Source: Obrimoposthia wandeli
Lineage: Eukaryota
NCBI GenBank assembly: GCA_977020255.1
Contig: CDROCS010002540.1
Span: 496,001 to 560,000 of the forward strand
DNA: 64,000 nucleotides
Direction of reading: 5' to 3'
A program made the position numbers and the translations under genes. Shown one piece after another: positions 23,909-37,149 of the stretch. Numbering within the stretch: the first letter of the stretch is position 1; each line of letters opens with the position of its first letter. The notes beneath the pieces are model-generated. The model had not been told where the DNA came from and did not search any database. It saw only the letters and a program-made list of their open reading frames with translations.

Positions 23909-25398
23909 CAGGGGTGGGCAAACTTTTCAGTTCAAGGGCTACATTCAGAAATTTCAAAAATTTAAAGGGTCGCTATAACTATAATAGTATATTTAGTTAA
24001 AATGAAATAAAAGGTTTTTAAAGAAAAAAATATACATTTTTTTTATTAATATTTTAAAGTAGAAACTTCACATGAAGTACATTTATTTGAAAAACAAAGT
24101 AACTCAATAAGTAACAAAACAATGTCAATGAGAATGATGCATCTGACTGCAGTCTTTTACCAGTTTGTTAAAATCAGGTGTCAAGTTGGTTGTGCTGATC
24201 CTTAACACTGACTTAAGATTTGAATCGGTGAGAAGAGATCTGTTCTTTGACTTGTTAACTTTCATTATAGAGAAAGTCTGCTCACAAATGTAAGTTGATG
24301 TAAACAACACAAGCATCTTTCTTGCAAATTTATTCAGAGTTTGAAATTTTTCTGAGGACAGAGATGCATAAAACTCGACCAGTGTTTTACTTTCAAACAT
24401 CCTCTTTAAAGAGTTGTCAGCTAGTAAATCAATCAGTTCCATCTGCAGTTCTTCAGTAGCTGTTTCAATGTCACAGGTAAAAGGTGAACTGAGCAAATCG
24501 AACTGTTCTTCAATTGCCTTGAAATCAGCAAATCTTCTGATAAATTCCTCTTTTAAAGCCATCATCTGGGAAGAGTACTTGTCTGATAATGCTTGCGTAA
24601 CCGCTCGTGTTTTCAACAGAGGAAAATGAACAAAGTTTTGCTCATTCAGCTGCTTGGCTAAAAGTTTAAGTTTCAATTGAAAGACTTTCACTTCCAGGTA
24701 TAATTCATGAGCAAATAAACCTTTGCCTTGTAGTTTTGTGTTTAACTCATTCAGCTTTTGCATTATGTCCACAGCAAATTCAAAATCACAAACCCATTCG
24801 TCACTCCATTTCCTTTGAAAAGTCACAAGAGATTTCTTTCATAGTAAAAAACATGACAATCTCTTCTTTTAGGTCCCACACCCTCTTTAGTACCTTTCCC
24901 ATGCTTAACCAGCGGACATTTGTGTGGTAAGCACATCAGTAAAATCTGCCTCGTTGTCTTCCAAGAAACTTCGGAATTGCCTGTATTTCAGTCCCCGCGC
25001 TCTTATTGAACCACTGGATCCATAACATGTTTTAGTTCTAAAGAAGACTTACAGAGGTTTTCTTGATGTATAATACAATGAAAAGACAACGCACTGTGCA
25101 GTGGAAAATCTTCTTTGATTTGATAATTCATCAACTTTACAAGGCCAGAATGTTTACCTGTGAGTGAAGGAGCACCATCAGTTGTAATACTTGCTAGTTT
25201 GTACAGGCTTAATCCAGACCTTCAATAAAAGTTAAAAGAAAACAGTTTATAACATTAAAAAAATTTCAAAAATAAAAAATCTCAAGATCATCATTTATTC
25301 AATTTCTTCACAATTTATTTTTGTCCCAAAATAACATGCGTATATAACTTGGCGGGCCGCATAAAAACCTTTGGCGGGCCGTAGTTTGCCCACCTCTG
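23909..25398 (-). mobile_element. hAT element (Buster clade, SPIN/OC1/GTF2IRD2-like), internally deleted
   Basis: 16-bp TIRs CAGGGGTGGGCAAACT and AGTTTGCCCACCTCTG (1 mismatch); 8-bp TSD ttctagac/atctagac. SITTDGAPSLTG, FHCIIHQENLC, VRWLSMGKVL, and STYICEQTFS dimerisation domain. Several frameshifts; N-terminal half absent. Confidence 0.95.
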
Positions 25399-26168
25399 AT
25401 CTAGACGGTAGGAACAGGCAGGAATTTTGTTTTTAAGACTAGCGAATTTTATTCCATTTAAATATTTTCTCGATTGCTTCAGGGGATGAAATTAGCTTGA
25501 TTTCTTCTTTACAAGGATATATTGGCTGATATTCATAGTTCTGGCCAAGGACATAGCAAAGGTTAAAAAGAAAATGAGAAGATTTTACTAAGACTATATA
25601 ATTCAGTCACCTGATGCATTTGTGCGCTGTATTTTTGAGTTTCAGAGTCACAAATTAAGAGACACACAAGCAGTTTACGAGTGTTTCAGCGGGGACTCCA
25701 GTGGAGGAATAGTCTCAGAATCAACTATTAAAGACAATTACAGCAATTGAGAATAATAGTTAACGAGTTTGTCTTCTACAAAAATCCTAATTGAATTTGC
25801 GATGTCTATTGAAGAACTACGGAATGATTGTAGTGGAGGAAGAAGACCAAGTTACGAATATACATTGAGCTAACAATAGTACCAATCAGCAAACCAAATA
25901 CATTCGACTGGAGAAATTAAGTGATACGTACATGTATAAGCAAATAAAAATCATTACCTTTAAAGTTAACCTGACTTTGTATTTTAAATCTGCATATCCA
26001 ACATATATAAGAATTTTATAAATGGGAAAGTTATGGGATTATTATTTTAATATGATCGTGTTTTGATGTATTAATATTTATGACATACTTGTCTACTGAT
26101 ATCTTATTGTTAAATTGTTTTCGAATATTTTAATGGTTTGGTACTGAATATATTGTGCTTGAATAGAT

Positions 26169-26825
26169 CTCGAACAGAATAAGATCTATCGTTCAATTTT
26201 GAGACAAACCATTTTAAAATCTTTAGATTGAGACAAATTAAATTAGGGCTGTCCGCCAACTCGCCTATAGGCCTATAATAATATTATTATTTTCAATGTT
26301 TTTTTACAAAAATTTACAATGGCATTGACATATATCATCATGTTTCAACTTGTTTTTTGCATTTGTTTGGTTTTTAATATATTTTTAGTGCAAACTAACA
26401 TATTAAAAATTTATGTTAAAATTTACCCCAGGCGAGTTGGCGGATCAGATACCCAGTCGAGTTTCCGCCAACTCGCCTATAGGCCTATAATAATATTATT
26501 ATTTTCAATGTTTTTTTACAAAAATTTACAATAATATTATTATTTTCAATGTTTTTTTACAAAAATTTACAATGGCATTGACATATATCATCATGTTTCC
26601 CCCTAACCCTAACCCTAACCCTAACCCAAACCCTAACCCTAACCCTAACCCTAACCCTAACCCCTAAATTTACCCCAGGCGAGTTGGTGGATCAGATACC
26701 CAGTCGAGTTTCCGCCAACTCGCCTATAGGCGAGTTGGCGGACACTGCTCGAACAGAATAAGATCTATCGTTCAATTTTGAGACAAACCATTTTAAAATC
26801 TTTAGATTGAGACAAATTAAATTAG
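26169..26825. repeat. Composite repeat: 78-bp direct repeats (26169-26246, 26748-26825) around a 501-bp MITE-like insert
   Basis: The direct repeats are identical by inspection. The insert carries ccgccaactcgcc in both orientations and a duplicated internal subunit. Confidence 0.9.
26601..26667. repeat. Interstitial telomeric repeat (CCCTAA)11
   Basis: 11 units, including one CCCAAA variant and one CCCCTAA. Confidence 0.95.
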
Positions 26826-27372
26826 ACCCTTCATTAAGATCTATACTTTTAAGAACTCATGCGTCAAAGGCTTCCCGAATATATACGCGAACTCTTACTT
26901 CAACAGATAAAATGGAATATAAACGACATATAATTTTTAATTTCAAGTGTTGCTGTAATTGTCGCATGCGCTAGTGTTGTAGTATCTGAGTTAAATATTA
27001 CATTTGTATGTAGTCGTTGTCATAAAATAAATGTGATTTGAGTATTTAGTTTTAGTTTCAAATTAATTATGGATTTTGGGAACAAAAATAAAATTATTCT
27101 GTGTATTATCTGTCTTATAGATTCATTCCATAAAACAGAATATCACGATATTTTGTCTCATATTTTTGACTAAATTGTCGAATGACAACATGGGGCCATT
27201 CATTCAGAAACAAAGAATACAATAAATTACCCATTTTAGTATTTTGTGAAACTTTGGGATGATTTTATAAGAAGAAAACATGCACTTTTTCGTTTCCGGG
27301 ACTCCATAATAAAACATTTAAATTATTATATTATTTGTTTAATTAACAAGCTAGGTCATGTTCGTTGTTGAA

Positions 27373-27879
27373 ATGACATTTCCGAGTGTCTCAAATGTAA
27401 ATAGACGTGAGTTAACATCAACTCCTCGGAATGTTATTGTTTTTTTACAAAACCATGGATTATTACATACTCAAAGAACTTGACTGGTGAAATCAGGAAA
27501 TTTACTAAGGACTTACACCCTAAAGATGGACACCTGTGGAACAGCAGACACACTTATTGTCGTCTTTTAACGAAATGTGTTGCCTGATACAACAGTGATT
27601 AGTGATCTATGGGCTGGCTACAATACAATTAATTTACTAGAGTACCAACATTTGACAGTGAATCACAGTCTACATTTTGTAGACCCTGTAACATAAGCAT
27701 GCCCCAATCACATCGAAGCATTGTGGAACCACGCTAAAAGACGAAATAAACGCGATCCTGGTACACATCGTACACAATTAGATTCATATTTAATTGAATT
27801 TATGAGGAGATATTGCCATCCAAATGATGGATTTGAACAGCTCTTTAAAGACATCCGTTCAGTGTATCCTTGTCAATAA
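27373..27879 (+). mobile_element. Merlin (ISXO2-like) transposase relic, internally deleted
   Basis: VLPDTTVISDLWAGYNTI...HLTVNHSLHFVDPVT*ACPNHIEALWNHAK...GTHRTQLDSYLIEFMRR. Confidence 0.9.
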
Positions 27880-28044
27880 TTAATTCAATTATTATTTTTA
27901 GTTTATCTATTATATTTTTTCTTTGTTTTAATCATTTTTATATTTTTTATTATGGGACATCGGAAACGAAAAAGTGCCGAAAAACATTGGATCATATTTA
28001 GATATGAAAAAATTATGAAGGTTACTTGTATCATGAAATTTTGA

Positions 28045-28245
28045 AAGTAATAGCTAAAGCTGGAAAATCCATAGTATTGGAGAAATTGTTATTTTTCCAG
28101 CAGTATCTGCTATGATGAACGACAATGCAAAATAAATCATAATTGTGATTCCTTGGAGTAAGTCATCGGTATCAAGACATATTGACGAAATTGTTGATGA
28201 CGTGGAGAAGCAATTACTTGCCCAATTGCAAGTGAGACAGTTTGG
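28045..28245 (+). mobile_element. hAT (Buster/ZBED5-SCAND3-like) fragment
   Basis: IAKAGK(P)HSIGEIVIFPAV...IPWSKSSVSRHIDEIVDDVEKQL. Confidence 0.8.
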
Positions 28246-28829
28246 AAAACTAAATATCCTAAATAAACAGTTACAAGGTGAACAGTGAGTTCTAATTTCT
28301 TCATAAAGATTTCGGAAAGCTTAGTATGTTTAAGATGAATGTTGGAAGTTGTTCGTCAGAACATTTTCCATATCTGTACTATATTGGAAGCGAATTGGGT
28401 TTCTGTCTACGTCCTTAGCAGGATTATCTTTTTATTTTACTTATGTCTTCTAAAGCTAACTCTCCTAGGAATCCTCTCGTGAATTCTTGAACTCCTCTCT
28501 TCATTAAAAAACTGGTAGTTAGGTATATATTTATTTTTATTATATTAGTGATGGGTTATACAACAATTCATTAAAATTAGAATGTGAAGTAAATATAATT
28601 ACATACATATATATATATTTAATATAATAGGTTAGTCGCTCCTAAGCTAACTGGTAACTCAATTATTATGTGTGAATTTTTAAAAAATATTTATTTTATT
28701 CCCTATTATTATTGTTGAATGTAATTATATACAGAATTTAGTATATTCAATAAGTACTAATAGATCTCTGTTTCTCAATGTTTTTATATAATCTATACTT
28801 TTTGGTTGTCAATTTACAAAAAAAGATTC

Positions 28830-29090
28830 TTTGTACTGCATGATTACACTTGATGCAACCAATAGAAGCTACAGCAGTCTCGGTGGGTAATTATTTGCTT
28901 TCACGTAGATTTTGCTTCCAAAAATATGGCTTGTGAGCAACTCGTTATTGTGAATATTGAGTTTTACAAAAATGTCAGCAAGATAACTTACCGTGGTTTT
29001 GTGAATGACGACACAAGAATTTCAGGATCATAGTCTGCATGGAAAGATAACAGATAGCCACCGAACTGCTGTATAAAGCAGTAATTGCTC
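28830..29090 (-). mobile_element. hAT (Buster-like) fragment
   Basis: HEQLLLYTAVRWLS and YLADIFVKLN motifs. Confidence 0.65.
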
Positions 29091-30479
29091 ATGTGACTAA
29101 TGCTAAATTAATCAAATATATATTTTAATACACAAATCCATATTTTCTTTATTCTGTAAATTAGTATTGCATAAAATGACAACTACACATAAACTTCCAC
29201 TTCATCAATACTGATTTCTGAACTATACACTGAGTCAACCTGAATATCATAGCCTATAATAAAGTGAAATTAACGATAAACACACACTAATAAAAACTTG
29301 CCATTCAAAATAAATGAATAACATAATGAAAATCGAATTCCATAAACATATGGACGCATACACACACGAACATGCATGAGTACATGAATGTTTTGTGTGA
29401 TTTTATAAAAATAGGACAGAGACAAAATGAATACCATAACCAAAAATGAATATCAACATCGAAAATTATTAAAACGCAGTTTTTTACGTGTTATATGACC
29501 TTTCAGACGAATCTATAGGTACCGAAAGGTAATTTAAGTAATATATTTCTAAGTTTTATATATAAATAGAGCAAAATATAATCAGAAGGCAAAGTAAAAA
29601 CAAAATCAATCATGAAAAAAAATCGAATAGTAAAAGTTTTAAGGTACATTTTGCTAATTTCAATGTTTTTAGGATATCTATAAAGTACAAGTTAAGACTA
29701 GTGAACGCATATTTGAATGGAAATCGTAATTTCCTTTTGGCATCGGCAATTGGGAATCAACAAACAGAAAACGAGATATATCAAATTTATTTACAGGCAA
29801 ACAAATGAAATTAGAAGTCTCCGAAACGGATCCAAGCGCCAGATCATGGAGGCAGCATGAAACTTGTCATTGAACATCCTATATCGAAATTGTTATAAAT
29901 AATTACTTCATTACTTTTGTTTTCGATTTGACTTTTGAAATATTTCCTAAAATGTATCCAAAAAGTTTCAACAAAGCATTATTATCAAAGAAATCAAATT
30001 CATAATCATATATTTTTTGTTGACTTTCATCTTTTTCCTTGTACAAATTGATATCCAGTTGTTGCAGTACATATGTTTACACTGTGATAATCAATTTGAT
30101 TGGTGTTTTACGCACATGATCACACATACATACACTCAAAAGTGCAACAAACCCTCGGCTTCCAATCGGTCTATTCAATTCGAATACAAATTGATTGCAC
30201 TCGATATTCAACAACATTCATTGGTGTAGTTCTTGGTGAGCAAATAATTTATAAAACAATGAAATGATTTTCGATTTAATAAATATTAATTTTAAAATGG
30301 GTGAGGACAATAAAAAGTGTGTATTTTTGAAATTTTTCATTCTTTTAAAAAGCAAAGTGAGATAGTATTGAAACTTAGCAAAGTCACAAAATCTATTAGA
30401 TAGGACTTAAAACTTTTCCACAATATGCTTATTTTGTTAAATATATGCTTTTATTGTAACACGTTTCTATAAATTCTTT

Positions 30480-30650
30480 CTAGACCCCGTATTTACTGTC
30501 TAATCATCCAAGTGTGACATCATATGATTCTGTATTAATCCCAACGGTTCTTTTCCCAGATATTGTTACTACATTATTTATTAAAGCGTAAAATGTGGCT
30601 TTCCAACTCTCGAATTCATAAGAATTTCCATTAAAACTAGGAAGAGTCTA
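30480..30650 (-). mobile_element. BEL/Pao gag (DUF1759-like) relic
   Basis: PSFNGNSYEFESWKATFYALI...ESYDVTLG*LDSKYG. Confidence 0.6.
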
Positions 30651-31337
30651 CCTGTTTAATTGTCCACAAGCTCTATGTACACAGGGGTCAAAATATTTCT
30701 TGCGAGTAGTTATAAGTCTCAACTTTTATGGTTAAAAATGTTTAACTTAATTTTTTACTTGAAAATATTAATTATTGGAGTGTACATTTGAAGTTAAGTA
30801 AAATATTAACATATTTGGAGTTATAAATGATTTTATTTTAATTTTGATAAACATCTTAACAATTTAAATTATAAAATTATAAAATTATAAAATAACTAGA
30901 GTGCTTTAGAAATATTTATGAAAAAAATTATTATATTTATTAATTAATTTTTAATGAATTTAGAAGATTAGACGATTTAGTAGGGAATTATAAATATTTC
31001 ATCGTAGACCTTCAATACTGTATTGCTCGCCAACCTCGGATTAACTTAATTTCGTTGTAGATTTTTCTACCGAAAGTCATTTTTATTTCTTATTAAGTTC
31101 ATCATATAAGGTGGTTACTTCACAGACATCATTTCACAACTTCAAATTACAACGTTTTTAATAAATAGATTTAAATACAAATATCTTGTAATATATCAAT
31201 TTAAAACATGTTATTAGTTTAATATGTTACTCAATAAAAATGAAGCTATTTTTCATTTTTTTAAATGTTGTATTTTTTAAGGGTTGCTTAACTTTAAAGC
31301 CAAAATGTTATTTTGTAATAAATAATAGCATACAATC

Positions 31338-31900
31338 AGGCCCGGTTCTAGAACTTTTATGTGTGTAGGCGAGATGTATATTTGCGCCCAAAAAAATTCA
31401 ATTATTTTAAAATTGAAGAAAAATAGAAAAACAATATAACCTAAACTTAATTATGTATATATATTTATTTAATTAGAAACATTATATAAAAACAAAAATA
31501 AACATAAATAAATTCAATTTATACCAAAATAAAACATAACGCAAACAAATCATAATTAAAAGTGAATTTTCCTTGCTTTTAATTCTGCAAAATCTTTGAC
31601 TAATTCTTCCATGGATTTACATGGATTTTGAAATTTATTTCGTTTCGTTGTATGATACAATATATATTATCTATGAAAACGATCATTGCTCTTTAAAACA
31701 TTTCTCAACAGCGAGATTATTATAGATTAGCTTTTCAAGTGCTGCAAGTTAAACGATAACTGATCCTACTATAAATGTGAATCTGCAGACACCAGTTACA
31801 ATTGCAACACAAATAATTAATTCGCTATTTACTGCAATTTTGAACTACCAAGTTTTAAAAATCAACATTATACTATTTTATTACATTTTTATGCAAATTG
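31338..31900 (-). mobile_element. hAT (ZMYM1/Tip100-like) terminal relic
   Basis: C-terminus MEELVKDFAELKARKIHF-stop, with a CAGGCCCGG terminus at about 31338. Confidence 0.6.
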
Positions 31901-33097
31901 ATTTTATTATTCACTTAAGCCATACAAATATAATTGTTATCGGATTATTATTTATAAAATGCAACAATTTGGACTCTATATTGGATTGAAAATCTCTTCA
32001 ATTTTTTTTTCAAAATTTAATTTTGCATTTTTTGAGAATATTTAAAATATAAAATCAAAATTTATCAAAAAATATTTATATATGTATGTATAAAATTTCA
32101 TAACACGGAACTCTGCACTAGGTAATAACTGGTTAGTATCACTTTGAGCCTGTAGAAAATATACAGGGCCAAACATAGTAAAAACACTATCCAACACTAG
32201 ATTGGATACTAAATCATAATAGGATTTTATAACCGATTTTAAGTTTAAAAAAGTATTTTGTAGAGTATATAATGTGAAACAAAATTATTTTGCAGATATT
32301 AAAAAATTTATAAAATATATGAATGTTGTTGATACAAAGAAGCCTCTCAAATATGGTAGAGTGAGTTAAATAAATTTACCTTTATTTAGATATGAGTTAT
32401 TTATTTTACCTTTTCAAATGATGATAAATCATTTAATTAATATTGATCTTTTGTTGGGGTTTCTAATTGAAACTCTTATTCAAGTAGATCCTCGTATAGA
32501 GGCCCCCAACGTGAGTTCTGTAGCGATAGGGATTAGAGATAGATGTGGCCTGCCTATTGGTGTCCTACTTAATTCTAATCTCAATCTGAAGGTTTCATGT
32601 CTTATTGTTTTGTGGTGTGTTCAAGGAGTTGTGTTCACAGAATAGCTAGTAGGGCCCCAAAGCTAGTGTGGTGTGATGTAAATCAGGGTTGATAGTTTAT
32701 CAACTGAGTTAGCTTTTAGGTCAGAGAGTCTGGCAACACCAAGACCGAATATCGATGAAACAGAGCCAGGATCAATCGACATAGACAATACTCCTTTGAA
32801 TCTGTAAGCACATAGAATATTGTCTCGTTGGTTGTCCCTCTGCTAATCTATATGTTAGGGGGCACACGAATTTCACAAAGAATCTAACTCGGAATGAATC
32901 TTCTATCGATTTTTCTAAAATAACTATATTTAACTTAACACACTTAAAACTTCCTAAAATTGTTACAAAATACACAATATGGTTGACACCTTTCTATGCA
33001 TATACTTTTGTGTACCTTCTGCTATAACCACCCTTCAAATTACCCGTCTATGTAAATTTTTAATTTAATATGTTATTGCCGAATAATTCAATAATGT

Positions 33098-33221
33098 CGT
33101 TTTACTTGAAATATACTTAAAATTCAACTCGTCTTTACTCAAAAATGTACTTAAAAATTCAATTCTTCTTTACTCAAAAATGTACTTCAAATAAAATTCG
33201 TATTTACTCAAAATGTACCTT
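33098..33221. repeat. Degenerate ~35-bp repeats (core ttactcaaaaatgtactt)
   Basis: Three to four copies visible. Confidence 0.75.
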
Positions 33222-33251
33222 ATGTAAGTTATGTTTTTTGCTCACCAGTTC

Positions 33252-33461
33252 AATTTAAATATCAGTAGTTCCGAATTTGCCAATTTGAATATATTTAGTT
33301 CCGAATTTGTTAATTTGAATATCTGTAGTTCTAAATTTACTAACATGAATATCTGTAGTTCCGAATTTGCTAATTTGAATATATGTAGTTCCAAATTTAC
33401 TAACTTCAATATCTGTAGTTCCGAATTTTCCAATTTGAATATCTGTAGTTCCGAATTTTTC
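33252..33461. repeat. 30-bp minisatellite, 7 diverged copies
   Basis: Consensus approximately aatttgaatatctgtagttccgaatttgct. Confidence 0.92.
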
Positions 33462-33598
33462 TGCTATTCTAATTTTTTTTTGCAATGACTGAAAATTAAT
33501 TTATCTTTATATGTAAAATTTACTCACCTCTCACTTCTCGCTTCTCGTGGTCTCTGAAGATGGGAGATGCCGGCTGCGTCTCGAAGTATTCCTGTCTA

Positions 33599-33709
33599 AG
33601 TGCTTCTTCACGAACTAATGGACTCTGAGTGCTTCTTCGCAAACTAATGGAATTTGAGTGCTTCTAAATAATGGAGTCTGACTGCTTTTTCGCGAACTAA
33701 TGAAGTCTG
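33599..33709. repeat. 29-bp degenerate tandem repeat, 4 copies
   Basis: Consensus approximately agtgcttcttcgcgaactaatggactctg; the third copy is shortened. Confidence 0.85.
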
Positions 33710-34105
33710 AGTTCCGTGACTAATAGGTTCCCCTTTTTCTTACTTAACTAAATCTCAACTTCCTTTTCGAAATCCACTCATCCTCCCCTACTAGATGTAT
33801 CTTCCTCGGCTCATTCTCATTCTTTTTTACTCATTCCACACACATTTCCCCATGACCTTTTCAAGGTCCTAATTTATTTTAATTCGATATTTTATCCTAA
33901 AATCAATTTATTTTTAATTTTCTATTTAAATTCATTTTGACCTTTGTTTTTAAAGTTAAATTTTTTTAATATAAATAATTATTTTATTTATCTTATTCAA
34001 TTTTCCTTAATCTAAGATATTTTTTTCGTGAGTTCTTAACAGCACATGACTTGCATGTAAAGACCTATTCTATGTAGTCTCAAAATCTGGTTAATTTTTT
34101 TTAAT

Positions 34106-34428
34106 GTATAAAACATCTTTTTACGAAACACAAGGTCGAAAAGAGTTCAAATTTAATTTATTACAAAATAAACATATCAACAATCAGATTTGAGCTGTAA
34201 ATTTAAACAAACGTATACGAAATATAAAGATCTGTCATCTATGTAAACGTGGCTTTAATTTGAGCTATAAACGGACTCAAGACCTGTCTTGGTTGAAAAG
34301 GTATTCCAGGCCAAAGTTCGAATGACTGACATCATCCGAGGAAGGTATAGTAACCTTCGATGCGATATTGATCATGAAACCCATATCCATATCAGATCGA
34401 GTGATAGCTTAAATCAAAGCTAACAGTT
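34106..34428 (-). mobile_element. Possible solo LTR
   Basis: Reads TGTTAG...AATAAA...TATACA on the minus strand. No matching TSD found. Confidence 0.3.
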
Positions 34429-37149
34429 CATAGATTATGGCTATATAGAAATAATTTGACTATCGCAATATTTACAGAACACTTTACACCGAAATTCGGT
34501 GAAAAATCTATTTTTAGAATCTTTGCACTCAAATTGCTACATGAAGGAAATGTCGCATTGAAACGGTTAAGGTCTCAAATTAAAGGTAAATTTACTTTAA
34601 CACTAGAACTACCAAGCAGTCAAAATGACTGCTTTTTATTTTTCAGACATTTGTAGCTCATAAATTACTATTGCTGGATACTTGAAATTTATTGACTTTT
34701 AATATAATGAGACACTTAATGATGGTTTCAAATATAATTTAAATCGATTTCATAGTGTTAGAGATAGAGCTTTCCCTTACAGCTTACACGAACCCTTTGA
34801 CTGCCTGGTAGTTTTAGTAGTTTAAAATGCGTTTATTAGCTTAATAACTTTATTTACTTTACAAAAATAGTTTGAGTAAAAAATAAGATTGAAACTTTAT
34901 TCCGAAATGAAAGCTGCCACTTTTCTATGTTGTAAAGTGGTCTTAAAATAGAAAAAGTAATAAATCAGATAATTTATGCTACAATATAAATTGGCAAAAA
35001 ATTAAGATAATCAATTACGTACTGTTGACAAAGAAAGGTAATACATAAAGATACTTTCAATAAATATTATTATAAATAGGTGAAAATGTTGTGAATCGAG
35101 CTTTTCAAAACGAACAATATATAACAAGTCGATAGAATAATCAATAGTTAATTTTGCCACTTCATTGAAATTGGACTAGGACGGACTAATCAAATAGGGT
35201 GGGAAGCACGACCACGGATCTCAGAAGGCGGACAAGACCCTGCAAGGAAATGGTGTATTTCGTGAATATGAATTTGTAGTAAAAGAATCCAAAACTTTCA
35301 TATGAACAAAATTTCAAAATCGATTAATGTAAATATTAATAAATTTCAAATATATGAAATCAATTATTTCTCACATTCGATTTTTCATGATCAGTTTTTG
35401 TTATACAGTTTTATTATGACTATGGATTACTATTAATTTACTATTAATACGGAAAACGTTGTAAATCAAACAAATTATTGACACATTTTTGTTCATCTAA
35501 AGCAAAAATTTATTTAATGTTAATTTACTGATTTGTGTCGTTAAATTTATCAATTTTAACTAAAATAAATCTGAAATACAATTTTAAAATAAATATTTTC
35601 TAAATTTTCATTTTTAAACTTAAATGAAATAGTAAAAATACAGGATACAATTAAAAGTATAAATTACTTAGATTAGAGGATATAGAGGTAATAAAAGGAA
35701 ATTGTGCACCTATCATCACAGTGTCAATATTAAGAATAATATCAATATTAAAATTAAAAAAGAGATCATCGATCAATAATTATACATACAGTTTGAATAT
35801 TAAAAAAAAAATTATTGCAATAAAATAAAAATTCGATTTATAACGAAAAATATACAACATTTCCTTTATTTTTAACTTGAATGCATATAAACCTTTAAAT
35901 AATTTATTTAGATATATATTTTACTTATCAAATGATACAGTCGCTCTGTTTCTTTCATTGATAATCTAATGCAAAACTAGTCCTGGTTTAAAAGCATAAA
36001 AGTTTAGATTAAATAGTAGTGTTTCAAATAATAAATTTAAAATGTGTGATACAAATTATTAAGAAACTTTTTCAGAAGTTTCGAATGTTGTTAAATATAA
36101 ATCTCTCAGTTTATTAAACTAATAAAGTATCTTATATTTAAAAACATAATATGCTTTACTACTTTTAATTAAAGGTACACGTAAATATGAACCAAAAGTT
36201 AAATTTTAAATTGAAAAGTAATTTTATCAAAATTAACTATTAAAACCAAAAATCTCTTCTCGAACTGGAAATCGTAAAATCCAGTTGAGTATCCCACCAA
36301 ATGTATGGTTTATTCACCATTTGTTTAATTTATTGCTTAAAACAAAAAATGTAACATTTTAAAAGTTGAATATATATATTGTTTATACAGTTTATTCTAA
36401 AATAGTATTACTCAGGCAAAATAAGTTTAGTTATAATTAAAGTTGTGAAAAATAATAATTTATACAAAATGGCTATTTTTATTATTTAGATCGACATAAT
36501 TATACTAATGCCTTAATTGAGGTTATTCTTATTTAAGCCCTGTGAATAAACTATCCTGAGACAAATCATGTAAATTCGTAGCTAGATACCAGAATTATTC
36601 ACCAGTATTAGCCCATCTTGTGCCCAATACCATCCAAGCTGGAGCTGAGACCTTGCCTTTTATTTAAGAAGTGAGATCTCACAGACTTTCGACATACAAA
36701 ACTAATATACAAAAAAGAATGGGCTCAGTCACTCTATTTGTACTGAAGAAGCAGAACGTAACATTCCCGAAAGGATTTGAGAGATAGGAAGTGTCTGCGA
36801 TACCCAGGAATTGATATATAATAAATCCCAGTAGTTATTAAATATAAATATGCTGTTTTTGAAAATTTATACTTCATAAAAAACCTTTACGTTTCAAAAA
36901 CATTCGTAACGATTTTATAACATATTCGTACTATAATAAAATAAATAATAAACTGCAAAGTGGCACCAGCAATATACTAAAATAATAAAAATATGGATAA
37001 GAAAATAACGCAATAATTTTAAGTGAATTTCAAGTCATATTCAACTGAGATATTTCTAATAATTAGGATAAATTTGTATAATTAATAGAATTAATAAAAA
37101 TTTGTCATATTATGAAAGAAATACATTATATACGCATATATTTCAAGTA

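Noticed and set aside
24414-24930. Plus-strand ORFs within the hAT element
   Set aside because: Antisense shadows of the transposase. The same applies to 22721-22951, 58608-58943, 61560-61977 and 63352-63814.
26601-26667. True chromosome end
   Set aside because: Only 11 units, embedded in a repeat with ordinary sequence on both sides.
30100-30170. Sialyltransferase S-motif-like GSRGFVALLSVCMCDHV on the minus strand
   Set aside because: Spacing is off by one, the YGF is absent and the frame is short.
32480-32900. Possible gypsy gag relic
   Set aside because: Only vague similarity across frames, too weak to list as a feature.
33231-33488. Three overlapping ORFs with 10-aa repeats
   Set aside because: Artefact of the 30-bp minisatellite being open in several frames.
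36500-36775. Possible solo LTR (TGTTACG start on the minus strand)
   Set aside because: No clear CA end or TSD could be defined.
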